NCBI GenBank assembly: GCA_963788655.1
Contig: CAWBHS010000039.1
Coordinates: forward strand, 110,833-174,832
Length of the DNA: 64,000 nt
Direction: 5' to 3'
DNA from: an uncultured Verrucomicrobiae bacterium
GTDB lineage: Bacteria > Verrucomicrobiota > Verrucomicrobiia > Limisphaerales > JAFGQR01
Positions 50,529 to 64,000 of the stretch are shown here, one piece after another; within the stretch, counting starts at the first letter, position 1; each line of letters starts with the position of its first letter. Made by a program: the position numbers and the translations under genes. Under the pieces are notes generated by a model. It made no database searches. It was given only the letters and a program-made list of their open reading frames with translations, and had not been told where the DNA came from.

Positions 50529-51423
50529 TCAACCCGGTGCTCCGGCAACCCGCCCGGCTTTTGCCGCTTGATGCTGTTCGACCAGGAACGCGCACCATTC
50601 ATCCATTCCTTGACCGGTTCGGGCGGAGAGTTCGATCACGCGAGCGTGATGGCTGATTTTGCTGAGGTTCGCCATGGCTTGCGGGCGGTCAAATTCGGCC
50701 GCTTCGGCCAAGTCGTTCTTGGTCACTATCGCCACGTGCGCGGAATGGAACATAGGCGGGTATTTCAACGGCTTGTCTTCGCCTTCGGTGGCGGACAGGA
50801 GCACGACGCGCAAGTCTTCGCCCAAGTCGTAAACGGAAGGACAGACGAGATTGCCGACGTTTTCGATGACCAGCAAATCCAGTTGATCCAGATCAAGTTG
50901 GCTCATGGCCCGCGCCACCATGTCCGCTTCCAAATGGCAAACTGTACCCGGTGGTAATTTGCACCACTGGCACCGCCGCCTCCCGCAATCGCGCCGCATC
51001 GTTGTCGGTGGCCAGGTCGCCAACAATCACGCCCACCCGCAAGCGATTCTTTCAAGGCTTGGGCGGTTTTTTGAATGAGCGTCGTTTTGCCGGAACCGGG
51101 CGAGGAAACCACATTCAATACCAGTAAACTTTTCGCCTTAAAGTATCCCCGATTCCGCTCCGCCTGCCGGTCGTTCTTGGCCAGAATGGCCTGATTGACA
51201 TCAATCCTCTGGGACCCTTGCGAAGGGGGATGAGTATGGCGGTGCGCCGGATCGTGCGCGTGACCCGCTCCATGAACCGTGGGCATGCTCATGTTCAGGG
51301 CCGTGCGCGTGCTCCGGCGAGTTGACCGGAGCCGGAATTCACCAGGGGCGACGACAATTTGCTGCCGGGTTTGCCGTCAATGTTCACTTCGCCGACGATG
51401 CCACATCCACATTCAAGACACAT
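50529..51423 (-). CDS. hypB: Nickel-incorporation GTPase HypB (frameshifted)
   Basis: MCLECGC N-terminus, His-rich linker, [32 protein letters not shown] across several frames. Confidence 0.9.
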
Positions 51424-51440
51424 AAGCCAACGATTCCTGT

Positions 51441-51782
51441 TTAAGTTACTTCCAACGAAGCCAATTCCAGTTCCAATCCCCGCCGAAGTTCCGAACTGAA
51501 TTGCCCGCACGTCGGGCACACGTAAATCAGGTCTTCCGAGGAAAACTCGACTTCGCATTGCGCGCACCAGCAGGTTGCCGGCACGGTTTCAATCTCGAGC
51601 CGGGCGTCCGCGGCCATCGAACCTTCGCGCACGACTTCAAAGGCAAACTCCAGCGCCTCGCGGACGATGCCTGTCATCCGGCCCACGCGCAGGCGCAGCA
51701 GATGAATTTGCGTAGCCCCGGAGGCTTTGGCGGATTGCTCGGCCAACTCCAGCGTGCTTTGAATGATGCCCACTTCGTGCAT
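51441..51782 (-). CDS. hypA: Nickel metallochaperone HypA
   Basis: MHE start, LRVGRMTG, CAQC and CPTC, GLELEL. Confidence 0.93.
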   Translation of the reverse strand: MHEVGIIQSTLELAEQSAKASGATQIHLLRLRVGRMTGIVREALEFAFEVVREGSMAADARLEIETVPATCWCAQCEVEFSSEDLIYVCPTCGQFSSELRRGLELELASLEVT

Positions 51783-51991
51783 TGTAATCGAGGGACGGGG
51801 CGATGGGAACCTGAGCTCGCCAAGTCCGGTGACCACCACCGGTTACCGAGCAAAAACTAGGGGATTCCCCACCGGAGTCAAGGGTGCGGTGTCCGGCGCA
51901 GGCCTTACTTTTCAATTGCAACCCGCTGCGTCTGAACCAAAACTGGGAGCTTAAGCGAAACGGCGCTTAAGGCGACGAATTAAATGGACCG

Positions 51992-53411
51992 ATGGCAACG
52001 AAAACGAAATCTCCTGAGGGCTTGGTGAATCCGCGGTTGATACGGGCGGTGCGGGGGCTGCTGGCAATCGCGTTTGGCATTTCCGCTTACTTGGCTTGGG
52101 CGGCCCTTGTCCAGAGCGGCGTGGCAGGTTGCGGTCCGGAATCGGGCTGTGACCAAGTGTTGCACAGCCGGTGGTCCTCCTGGCTGGGGGTGCCGGTCAG
52201 CTTCCTGGCTCTGGTGGTGGATGCGGTGGTCTTTGCGGCCACGTTTTTTCTGGGGCGCGACGTTAAAGTGCCCCGGCAACGTTACGCCTGGCGGGTCTTG
52301 TTGCCCGGAGCCGTGGCCATTCTCGGAGCGGTGATATGGTTTGTGGCGCTGCAGGCATTCGTCATCAAAGCCTTTTGTCCGTATTGTATGACAGCGCACG
52401 GCTGCAGCGCGCTGGCGGCTTTGCTGATCCTGCTCAACACCCCGTTCCGAAATCCCGAAGGTAAACCGTGGAAAGTCGAAAAGTTGGTCTTTGTGCGACC
52501 GGCCTTGGGCTTGAAGCTCACCCTGCTGGCGGGAATCGGATTGGCCGTGCTGGTGGCGGGACAAATCCTGCACCAACCCAAAACCTTCGCCGTCAGTTCC
52601 CTTGACCTGGGCACCAATCAGACCGCGCCGACGGCAACCACCCAACCCGTTGAACACCCTCAACCGGTGAAGAACCCCAAGCCCGGCGAAAGAATATTTA
52701 CGAATCTTGTCGGCTCATCGATCCAACAGCCGGCCGCGCGAATCACGCAGACGACAGCCAAGTTGCCGCCACCCCCGGCCAGCCCAACAACGAATTCCGC
52801 GGCAGCCGCCGAGTTTCCGCTTTTTGGCGGCGCCGTTCAACTGAACCTGCGGGAGGTGCCCGTGATCGGACGGCGGGATGCGCCGCACGTGCTGGTGAGT
52901 TTGTACGACTACTCGTGCCACCATTGCCGAATCATGCACGGGCACTTGCAAACGATTCGCCGGTTGTTTGGCAACGACCTGGCCATTGTGAGCCTGCCCA
53001 TGCCGCTGGATCCCCAGTGCAATTATACGGTGCGCCGAGCTCATCCGGATCATGTCAACGCGTGTGCATACGCCAAGGCCGGGTTGGCAGTATGGCGGGC
53101 CAATCCCGCAAAACTGGAGCAATTTGACGATTGGATCTTCAAGCCGGACCGACCGCCGCCACCAGCGGAGGTGAACGCGTATGCTGCCCAGCTTGTCGGC
53201 GCGACCGCCTTCCAGCGGGCGCAGAGTGATCCCTGGATCAATCGACAGTTGCCGCAGGACATCAGCATTTACGCCACCAACTACTTTCAGTATCGCCAAG
53301 GGAGCATGCCGCAATTGATCATTGGCTCGAAAGTGATCTCCGGCACACTTGCGCGGGCCTCAAGATCTGTATCCCATCCTTTCCAACCAGTTTGGCCTGC
53401 ACGTTCCTTGA
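51992..53411 (+). CDS. VKOR-family protein fused to a DsbA/thioredoxin-like domain; probable frameshift near 53355 (ORF track runs to 53575)
   Basis: Loop Cys pair CGPESGC, WSSWLGVPV, CPYC; second domain DYSCHHC and SMP. Confidence 0.85.
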
Positions 53412-53819
53412 CGCTAGGCAACGTGCTGGTGGCGTCCCACCGGCAGAAACGAACGGGGAAGCATGCCGCGAATATCAATCGAGGGCCGAACTCCGCAGCG
53501 ACCGTTCCAAACTGCCGGCAAGATGCCGGCAGCACGCTGGAGCGACGTGCCCGTAACCAACGTTCGCTCGGATGAAGGACTCTGCGCTTCATTCCCTCAA
53601 TAACCAACCAATCTCAACATCCGGCATCCGGTCTTCCCCATCGCCGTCCTGCCCTTAAATTCTTTCCCTTCCATTTTCCGAAGAATTGCTGTATAAATAC
53701 CGCAGTCCCGTTTGCTGCACAGACAGTCATTGGGTTGTCGCTTGAAACAATCGCTCAGTTGTAACCTTGGTTTAACCCGCTTCGTCGGAACGCGGGTTTC
53801 ACAATCTTCTCATACGCTT

Positions 53820-56800
53820 ATGCGCCAGTCACAGTTCTTCTGCGGATGGAAAATCTTGCTGATTTCCATGTTGACCTTCTCGGCTCTCCCCAGTTTGCAA
53901 GCCCAATCCGGAAGCTTGACCGTGCAAGTGGGTGAGGCGCCTTTGCCGCCGGAAACCTTGGTGGCTCACAGCGACGGGTGGCGCTATCGCAAAGGGACCA
54001 GCGAACCAGTCGCCGATTGGAAGACCGTGGCTGAGGCTTCCCTCGATGCGAGTTGGCTCAGTGGTCCCGGCGGCTTTGGCTACGGCGATCCGGGAATTGT
54101 CGGCGAGGCCACGACCTTGAATGACATGCAAAACAATTACACCACGCTTTGCATTCGTCGTTCGTTCATCCTCTCCTCAGCCGTGGATTCGATCCGGCAA
54201 TTGAACCTTACCTTGGATTACGATGACGGCTTTGTCGCGTATTTGGATGGCGTGGAATTGCAACGGGCGAATTTGACGAATGGTCCCGGCAACACCGTGC
54301 TCTACAACGCCACGACGGGCGGCAATAGTCATGAGGCATCCTGTTGCAGTTCACCCAATCCAGCGACGACCTACGACCTGGGCGGAGTGGGCGGCCGGTT
54401 GGGCGCGGGCACGCACGTGCTGGCCATTCAAGGGGTCAATCAAATACCCGGCAGCAGCGACTTCCATCTGATTGGCGATTTGTTTGTCTCGGGCGGCCAA
54501 AGCACGACGGCGGCGGGGCAGTTCTTCGTGTTGGTTCACACCAACTCCGTGGCCTTGGCGGGCAACAATACGGTTGTTGGCTCTGCGCGCGTGGTGGTGA
54601 ACGGCATTGATGCCGACTTCCAATCCGGGCCGGGCACGTGGTCGCTGGAGCAACCCCTGACTCCCGGCATGAATCGCTTCTTTATCGCCGCTCTGGGAGC
54701 CGACGGCAGTGTGCTCTCCTCGACGAACCGGGACGTGATATACGAGGCCACTTCGACTTCCGTCGGTGGCACGTTGGCAGAGGATACCGCCTGGACGAGC
54801 AGCCAGGGAATCATTCACGTCACCAGCGACGTGATGGTGCCCGCGGGTTTGACGTTGACCATCCAAGACGGCGTCATCGTATTGCTGGCTCCCGGAGTTT
54901 CCATTCACGCCAATGCGGGCGGGGCCATTCAGGTGAACGGAACTGAAGCGAATACGGTTTTCTTTCTCCCTGAAAACGGAACCAGTGCCTGGGGCGCCTT
55001 AAGTGCCACTGGCGCCGGCGCGTCCGTGGCTGTTCATTTTGCGGAACTTGCTGCCGGCAGCGTGACTATCAATAACCAGGCGACCGGTCTTATCGAAGAC
55101 TCGTACCTGCATGATCGCCCCTCGATTGTGACGTCGTCGCAGGCCCAGATGGTCACGATGCGCCGCATTCATGTGAATGACTATTCGGAAACGATTTTCA
55201 ATTCCGGCAGCACCATCCTGGCAGAGGATTCGCTGTTTGAAAACCTGACCGCCGCTAACAGCGATGCGTTGGAAATTCAGGGCGGCCCGCCCGGATCAAT
55301 CATCCGCCGCTGCACATTCCGCCATGGTTTGGGCGACAACACTGATTCGCTGGATTTCAACGGTTCCTCCGGGGTGCTGGTGGATAGTTGCCTCGTTCAC
55401 AATTTCACGGACAAAGGGGTTTCGTTGGGTGCCGCGGCGCAGGGTTCGGCCACCGATCATGGCATCATCGTGAGCAACTGCCTCATCCATCACGTCGATA
55501 CGGGAATCGCGATCAAGGACAGCAGCACCGCCGCCCTTTACCACAACACCATCGCCGCCGCCGTCACATGGGGTGCGGCTTTACGAGAAGTTCTCCGGTA
55601 TGGGCGGCGGTCAGGCCACCAACACGCTCAACAATATCCTCTGGGGCAACACCACCGGAATTTCGCTGGAGAACGGTTCAACGATCGTCGCGAATTACAG
55701 CGACATCCAAGGCGGCGTGTGGCCGGGCACCGCGAACATCAGCGCCGACCCGATTTTTGTGAATGCGGCGGCCGGTGATTACCGTCTGGGAACCGGATCG
55801 CCCGCATCCGGAACCGGACTGGGTAACGTCGATATGGGCGTACAGTTCCCGGTGGGCGGCATCCCGCCGGCACCCTTCAATCTTACCGCCAATCCGCCCA
55901 GCACCAACGATGTTCAACTGGCCTGGGAGGAAGACGCCGACAACGAAAGCGGCTTTGAAATTGAGCGGTCCAACGACGGCGCGGTTTGGCAACCCTTGGC
56001 GACGGTCGGCCCGAATGTCACCGGTTATACCGATGCCACCGCGGCCATGGACGAATCCTATCTTTATCGAGTGCGGGCGATCAATAGTTCCGGTCATTCC
56101 CAGTTTTCCAATCGCGCGGGTGCCACGCGCATGTTGCCTACGGTGGTCGTTGGCGGGACGTTGGCCACTGATACCCAATGGTCGCCCACCAACGGAATGG
56201 TTCTCGTCGAATCAGCGGTCACCGTGCCGAGCGGCATCACGCTGACCATTACCGCCGGCACAATGATCAAATTGACCAACGATGCGGGCATCCACGCCAC
56301 CGCCGGCGGGGTTATCGACATTCAAGGAACGGCGGAGGCGCCGGTGTTTTTCCAGGCCGCGAATGACGGCGAAGTGTGGGGTGGCATCACCGCAGCCGGC
56401 CCGGGAGCGTCGTTGACGATTCGCCATGCTGACATTAAAGCGGGGCAAGTGCTGGCCACCGCTGGCGCCGCCATGCTGCTGGAAGACAGTTACATTCACG
56501 AATACAAGAATGGCACCGAACGCATCGCCGGCTGCGACCATGCCACCTCCGTCATCGTGCGGCGCTGCCATTTTAATATCTACCACGAAACGCTCTGGCA
56601 ATATACCCTGATGCTCATCGAGGACTCGTTATTTGAGAACGCGAACAACGTCAACAGCGATGCGTTGGATTTTGACGGTGCGGTGGCTGGTTCAATCATT
56701 CGCCGTTGCACATTCCGGCACGGACCACAATCGAACACCGACGCCATCGACCTGGGGTCGGACACCCAGCCGATGTTGATCGAAGACTGCTTGATGTTTG

Positions 56801-57486
56801 ACTTTCCCGACGACAAGGGCGTTTCCATTGGTGAAACTACCTACGAAATCACGATTCGCAATTGCCTGATGTATGGCCTCGATTCCGGCGTTGCCGTCAA
56901 AGACGGTTGCACCGCCATCATCAATAACTGCACTATCGTCAACAATGACTACGGTTTCCGCAACTACAACAAAGCCAATCCCGGCTCGGCCACCGGCGGA
57001 GGCCATATTACGAATTCCTGGGATAACATTCTCTGGAACAACAATGTCAACGTGTCGCTGCAAAACAGTTCCACCTTGATTGCGGACCACAGCGATTTGC
57101 AGGGCAGCGTGTGGCCGGGTGAAGGCAACCTTGACACCGATCCGCAGTTTTTGGACGCCACGCAGCGGGATTATCGGCTGGCTTCCTCGTCGCCATGCAT
57201 TGGCACCGGACGCGACGGCGGCAACATGGGCTGCCATTTTCCCGTGGGCGCTCCCATGGCGCCCAGCCATCCGACCATTCAATCGCTGGCCGTCGAGGGC
57301 GGCACTGCCACCATTCGTTTCTGGGCAGACTCCGAGAAGTCCTACCTTCTGGAAGCCAGTGACGAAGTATCCGGCTCGGTTTGGAACACGGTAACCAACT
57401 TACCGGCGCCGCCGTTGCCGCAATTAATCAGCGTGCCTGATAGCATGACCAGCGGCCACCGGTTCTACCGGCTTTCTACGCCTTGA
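53820..57486 (+). CDS. Large secreted protein: galactose-binding-like domain, two beta-helix modules and FN3; frameshift near 55570
   Basis: Signal peptide; WRYRKG, DYDDGFVAYLDG; duplicated NSDAL(E/D)...GSIIRRCTFRHG...DKGVS; FN3 PPAPFNL...YRVRAIN; ends RFYRL. Confidence 0.75.
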
Positions 57487-57969
57487 ATCGATAGTCACGC
57501 CAGAACGCGGCCCACACAATCCGCACCAATCTCCCGCCGTGCCACAAGGTCGCCGATCTTGCTGTCGGCGTTCCTTGTTCTCCCAGATGCTTACTGCGGC
57601 TTAAACCCGTCAACCTCTTCCTGAATTATTGTGCCGTGCCACGTTCTCTGTTCTCAAGGTGTTCTCAAAGGGGAGGGGATGAAGAATTACCTGCAATAAC
57701 AGCAGATATTCTAAGTTATCGCAATAGACAGACTGAAGAAAAACTCAAGGAGTTTTGCGTCTCTTGAAATGATTGGATAGCAATCGTTTAGGGAGATGGA
57801 ATGCCGATTAAATGACGTTCCGGTAAAAAACTTATTGCCAAAGTCAGAAAAAAATGTTTTAAATACTACGTTCCAACAGAAAATCGCGGCACAACAATGT
57901 AAAGCACCCGCGCTGTTTGCGGGAGGCTTTGCATCCGGAGTGCAGCGGCAACTCAGAATATGTAGTATT

Positions 57970-60900
57970 ATGCGAATTAAACCCGCACAGATATTCCTTC
58001 TAACCATTATTGTTCTCACTTGGGGGGCATTCAGCTCGCTCGCCCAATTTCCGATCACCACGCAGATTGGCGGGGGGCCCGAAGGGAGCCTCACTGTCAA
58101 TGCGGAGCCTGGGTCGTTCACCGTCGAAGGGGGCGGGGGCGACATCTGGGACGTGAGTGATGAGTTCACGTTTCATTACCGGCCGATCGAAGGGGATTTC
58201 GACGTGGCCATCCGCGTCGAGTCCGTCGAGCCGGTAGCCCGCTGGACCAAGGCGGGCCTGATGGTGCGCGAGAGCACTGCGGGCGACAGCCGGATGGCCT
58301 GGGTGCGGACCACGCCCGAAGCCGTCCCGACGCAGTCGGCTGATACCGGGGTTAACGACGTGCAGTTCGCCTATCGCAAGGGTTTTGACGACGGCAGTGG
58401 GTCGAACGGTGGCCAACACGAAGAGGGCGGTGGCATCCCGTCGTATCCGAACACATGGCTGCGGTTGACCCGCGTGGGCAACGTGTTTACCGGCTACAAC
58501 AGCGCCGACGGCGTCAATTGGACGATGTTGGCCAGCCAGGACACGGCGACGTGGAACTCGCCGCTGCCCTCCAAGTTGTTGTTGGGGCTGGCGGTGTCGC
58601 GGCACGGCAGCGCGCCGGGGACGGAGACGGCGACGGTGGAGTTCCGCGATTATCGGGAGACGATTTATCCGCCGAGCACGATTTTGACGGATGTGACGCA
58701 GCCCGGCGATACGATCGTGGGCAGTTCGGTCAATGTGCCCAGCGCGAACGAGGATGTGGACAAGGTGATCGACAACGATTCGAACACCAAATATCTCAAT
58801 TTCGATGCCGGCGTGGCCAATGGCAATTTACCCACCGGCTTCACGGTAACGCCGAGCGCCGGCCCCCAATTGCTGGTGACCGGCATCAGCTTGACCTCGG
58901 CCAACGACTCGCCACCCCGCGATCCGGCGACGGTGACGATTGAAGGCTCCGATGACGGGGTGACGTTCACGCCAATTATCTCCGATGTGACGGTGCCCGT
59001 GTTTGCCAATCGCTTCGAGAAGAAGATCATTTCCTTTTACAACACGACCCCCTACGCGATCTACCGGGTGACGTTCCCGACGGTGGCGGACCCCGCCACG
59101 GCGAACGCCATGCAGGTGGCCGAAGTGGAGTTGCTGGGGTATGCCTACAATGCCGGGGTGCCGGTGGTCACCACGCAGCCGCAGGATCAGGAAGTGGTCG
59201 CCGGCTTGACGGCGAGTTTCTCGGTGGCGGCCGATGGCACGCCGCCGTACTACTATCAATGGCTGCTCAACGGTTCCCCGATTGCCGGGGCGACGGCGCC
59301 AACCTATACCACGCCAACCCTGTTGCTGACGGACAACGGGAATCAGTATTCGGTGCAAATCACCGGCGCCGAAGGCAGCGTGGTGAGCAGCGCCGCCACC
59401 GTTTCGGTGGTGGACGCGCCGACCGTGGCGCAGGTGGCCAATTTCTACAATCCCAACCTGGTCGTGGTGTTGTATGACCGGTTGATGGACTCGGGCAGCG
59501 CGCTGGATCCCGCCAATTACAGCTTCTCGGACGGACTGACCATCGACGGGCCGCTCTCCTTTGACACGCTGTATGCCACCGCGGTGTTGATCCCGACGAC
59601 GACCCAAGCCCCCTATGTGACGTATCAGGTGACGGTCTCGAATGTCGAGGATGCCAGCGGCGCGCCGATCTCGCCCAATCCCACGACCGCCAGCTTCGTG
59701 AACGCGCCGGGCGGTTTCTTTGCCAACTTTGACAGTGCCCCCAGCGGCGCCACGGTTTATGGCGACGGCGCGATTTCCGGTATCGTTCAGGACGGCGTGT
59801 TGAAGCTGACCTTGAACCAGAACAGCGCCGCGGGCAGTATTGTGGTCAACGAACTGACTCCGGGAGTGGCGGTCGATCAGTTCACCGCGACCTACAAAGT
59901 GCATATCGGCGACGGCTCGGGCAATCCGGCCGACGGGATGAGCTTCAATTTTGCCAATGATCTGCCCGACGCGGCCACGGGCGCCACCGCGGCCGAGGGC
60001 GGCGTGGGCACCGGCTTGTCGGTGGGTTTCCATTTTTACAACGATGACTTCATTGAGGTGAAACTGGGGGGCACGCAGATTCTGCAAGTTACTACCCCGG
60101 TTTATGGGGTGGCCGACTGGGTGGATGTGACGATTCACATGGACCCGGATGGGACCCTGGACATGACCTGGGGTTCGGTGGTGATCGCGGATAATTTCCC
60201 AACCGACTACACCCCGGTGACGGGACGGTTTGGCATCTTCGCGCGCACGGGCGGGGAGAATGCGAACCAATGGATCGATGATTTGGCGATCCAGGTGACT
60301 GAACCGGGACCGCCGATTGTATCGTCGCAGCCCCCGGCCGATATTTCGACCACCGAACTGCTGATGGTTAACCTGGCCGTCGAGGTGACCGGCGGCAGTC
60401 CGGCGCAGATCCAGTGGTTTCGGAACGGCGCGCCGATTGCGGGCGCGACGGGCGCCTCCTACTCCTTCCGCGCGGCCTTGGCGGACGACGGGGCCACGTA
60501 CACGGTGGATGTCTTCAACGGCTTCGGTCGGGTCACGGCCAATACGTTGCTGGCGGTGGCGGCGGACACGACCGCGCCCGAACTGCTGTCGGCCGTCGGC
60601 GATCCGACCCTCGAACACGTGCGGTTGGCCTTCTCGGAGCGGGTGAACCCGCTGGATGCCACCGATCCGTTCAATTATGAACTGGACAACGGGGTGACGG
60701 TGACGGCCGCGACGATGATCGACGATCACACCGTGCTGCTGACCACCCAACCGCAAACCGAAGGCCTGCTCTACACGGTCACGGTGAACGGCCTGCGGGA
60801 CTTGGCGGACACGCCGAATGAAATTGCGGCGAACAGCCCCGCCACGTTCACCGCGTGGGTGTTCACGCCGGGCTTTGTGTATCGGGAGTTTTACTACGAC

Positions 60901-63900
60901 CTGTCCGGGGCGAACACCTTCGCCACCGTGACCGGCAACGCGAAGTATCCCTATTTTCCCGATGCGACGGATTACGCGAAGCAATACGCGGTCAATCCCA
61001 ATTTGGGCGACTCGGGCCGCGATAACTACGGGACGCGGATGCGGGGCTTCCTGATCCCGCCGGAGAGCGGCGATTACCTGTTCCAACTGGCGGCGGACGA
61101 CGCGGGCTCGTTAATCGTCAGTTCGACCGCCAGTGCCGCCGACGGCCAGACCGTGATCTCCGCCGAAGGCGATTGCGGGGCGTGCGGCGGGCCGGTTTCC
61201 ACCGTGGCGGTGCCGCTGGTGGCGGGCGAACGGTATTACACCGAATCGCTCTTCAAGGAAGGCACGGGCGGGGATTACATTGTGATCCGCTGGGCGCTGC
61301 CGAGCAATCCGGGGAACTATGTGGCCATCAGTGGCGCCTACATGGGCGCCATGGCTGATCCGTCCACGGCGGCCAACCTCACCATCACCGAGGAACCGCA
61401 AACGCAGGATGTTTATCTGAACCAGATCATCCGGCTGAAGACGGTGGCCAGCAACGACCAGGGCGCGCCGCAGTCCTACCAATGGCTGGTGGATGGCGTC
61501 GTGGTGCCGGGCAACAACACCGATACCCTGCGCTTGACCTACACCGATATGGCGTTGGACGGCACGGCGGTGACGGTGCAATGCCGGGTGTCGGTGCCGG
61601 GCCGGATCGTCGAAACCACGCCGGCGGTGCTGAACCTTAACATTGACGACGTGCCGCCGGTGGCGGTGGCGGCCAGTGGCGGCTCGAACTTCGATACGTT
61701 CACGATCGAATTTGACGGCTTGATGAACGAGGACACGACGACCGATGCATTCAACTACGACATCAGCGACGGGGTGAACCCGGCGTTGATCGTGACCGGC
61801 GGCGCGTTGAATGCGGACCAGAACATCGTAACCTTGACGCTGGACCCGAGCACGCCGCTGTTGGATTTCACCACCTACACGGTGACGATCCGCGACGTGT
61901 TGGACGCCGGGCTGAACACCATCACGCCCAATCCGGCCACGATCCAGTTCACCTCGCCGGCGCTGTTGGGCAGCATTCCGTTCGTGCTGGAAGAATATCC
62001 GGATGGCGCCTCGACCGACGTGAACTTCCTGCTGGCTTACCCGGGTTTCCCGGACAGTCCGGACGTGGTGACGCCGTTGACTTCGTTTGACACGACGGTG
62101 CCCTTCGGCACGACGGATCACCGGGACAATTACGGTGGGCGGGTGCAAGGCTATTTTGTGCCGCCGACCACCGGCAATTACGACTTCTACATGAATAACG
62201 ACGACGGCGCGTTCCTGTATATCAACCCCAACGGCATTGATCCGGCGGGCAAGGTGAAGATTGCCGAATTGAACCCGGCGTGCTGCCAGGCCTGGCCGGT
62301 GATCAATTCGCTGGGGGTGTATCCCGACGGCATTCCGCTGGAAGCCGGCAAGCCCTACTATCTCGAAGGCCTGTACCAGGAAGCGGGCGGCGGTGACTTG
62401 ATTCAAGTGGCGACCCGGTTGCACGGCGATGCGAGTGTGCTGGCCGCCATTCCGGCGTCGCAGATGGCGCCCAGCCCGGTGCCGCCGGGACAATTCGGGG
62501 TCGTGACCCTCACCGAGCAACCCCAAAGCCAGAGCGTGGTGGCCTACCACCAGGCTTGCTTCAGTGTGGCCGGCACCTCCGAGATCGGTGGCATCGCGGC
62601 CTACCGGTGGCTCAAGAACGGCATGGAAATCCCCGGCGCCACCGGGCCGACCCTGTGCGCCTTCTTCGATCCGGCGGACAATGGCGCCCAGCTTCAAGCC
62701 GAACTGGCCATTCCCGGTTACATCGCCCGCAGCGACGTGGCGACGGTGACGGTCGAGGACGAGACGGTACCGCCAGTGGCGGTGGCGGCTACAGGGAACC
62801 TCACCTTTGACCAAGTGATCATCACGTTCAATGAGCGGATGGATAATGGTACGGCCACCGATCCGTTCGACTACGAGATCAGCGGTGGGGGTGACGTGCT
62901 CTTTGTGGTTGCGGTCGAACTGAGCGCGGACGAGACCACGGTAACCTTGACCCTGGACCCGACGACCTTACAGCGGGAGAACACCGACTACACGGTGTTG
63001 TTCCTGGGGGTGACGGACCTGGCCGGCAATGCGATGCCGGACGGCACGACATCGCCTTCCACTCCTACGTGACCTACAAGTGCGCGGGGGCGCTCCTCGA
63101 AATGTATGCCACCGGCGCGGAAACAACGGTGGATACGCTGACCAACAACGCGAACTTCCCGGACAACCCGGACGAAGTGCGGCTGCTCAACTCCTTTGAC
63201 ACGCGGGCCGAACTGGGGACCGACAACTACCGGGACAACTACGGGGCGCGGCTGAGCGGCCTGTTTGTGCCCTCAGTCACGGGTCCGTATGTGTTCTTCC
63301 TGCACAGCGACGACTCCTCGCAACTGTTCCTGAACCCCAACGGGATTGATCCGGCGGGACGGGTGGAGATTGCCGCAGAAGACGCCTGCTGCAACGACTG
63401 GCCGATCATCAACTCGCGGGCCTTCTTCCCGCAGGGCATTCCACTGCAAGCGGGCCAGGCCTATTACCTTGAGGGCCTGTACAAAGAAGGCGGCGGGGGC
63501 GACTACATCCGCGTGGCGGCGCGCCTGGTGAGCGACGGTGATGCCCAGCCCGCCGATCCGGCCATTCAACTGCTCAACCTGGGCCAGTCAGCGGCGCAAG
63601 GCACCGCGGGCGAAGTGACGATCACCCAGGACCCCGTGGGCCAGATTGTGGAAGAGAACCACGAAGCCTGCTTCTCGGTGGCGGGGGAAAACACCTACGG
63701 GTTGCCGCAGTGCTACCAATGGTACAAGGACGGCGTGGCCATCCCCGGCGCGACCGAGCCGACCTACTGCGCGCTGGTGACCGCGGCGGACAACGGCGCC
63801 ATGTTCAGCGCGGACGTGGGGATTGTGGGTTACAAAGCCCGGACGCCGCCGCGGTGGCGGCGGTGATTCCGGACGTGACGGAACCGTCGGTGGTATCAGT

Positions 63901-64000
63901 CAACCCGACGCGCAACCTCAACCAGATTGTGCTGCACTTTGACGAGCGGATCGATGCCGGGATCGCGACCGACGCGTTCAACTACGACATCACGCCGCCC
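57970..64000 (+). CDS. Giant secreted multidomain protein (Ig-like, PA14, discoidin/lectin-like); frameshifts near 63055 and 63840; truncated by window end
   Basis: Signal peptide; Ig units (TQPQ, YQW..NG.PI.GAT); PA14-like DNYG.R..G...PP..G.Y.F...DD...KEGGGGD x3; DTTAP/Big-like units. Confidence 0.8.

Noticed and set aside
956..62814. Long antisense ORFs (e.g. 956-2830, 2843-4549, 6677-8257, 36357-37982, 58828-61086)
   Set aside because: Shadow frames of real GC-rich genes on the opposite strand
1..64000. CRISPR array, tRNA or rRNA
   Set aside because: No regularly spaced repeat-spacer run or recognisable structural RNA seen; the repeats are dispersed palindromes. A covariance-model scan was not possible

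Overview
GC-rich bacterial window. The gene repertoire and palindromic intergenic repeats suggest Verrucomicrobiota (Pedosphaerales-like); this is inference only. The centrepiece (~19.5-46.2 kb) is a co-directional extracellular contractile injection system (eCIS, Afp/PVC-like) locus encoding sheath, tube, Pvc16, an Afp15-like ATPase, tube initiator, LysM, hub, baseplate wedges, a DUF6519 fibre-like protein, gp25 and a gpV-like spike, followed by three tandem DUF4157 proteins with unrelated C-termini. One of these carries two canonical annexin repeats plus a second HExxH metalloprotease. The locus is preceded by a near-consensus sigma54 -24/-12 promoter, paired GTGGA-N8-TCCAC palindromes and an atypical sigma54 activator (pseudo-receiver, GAYTNA). 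Several structural genes carry unusual extra domains, and no PAAR gene is visible. The flanks hold an RND efflux pair, an FG-GAP protein, a complete 2590-bp IS with terminal inverted repeats (TIRs) and a 5-bp target-site duplication (TSD), eda, a DUF4139 gene, a sugar epimerase, a GH-like protein, hypAB, a VKOR-DsbA fusion and large secreted beta-helix/PA14/Ig proteins. About 20 single-base frameshifts are probably read/assembly errors. All domain calls come from motif recognition by eye, not database searches.
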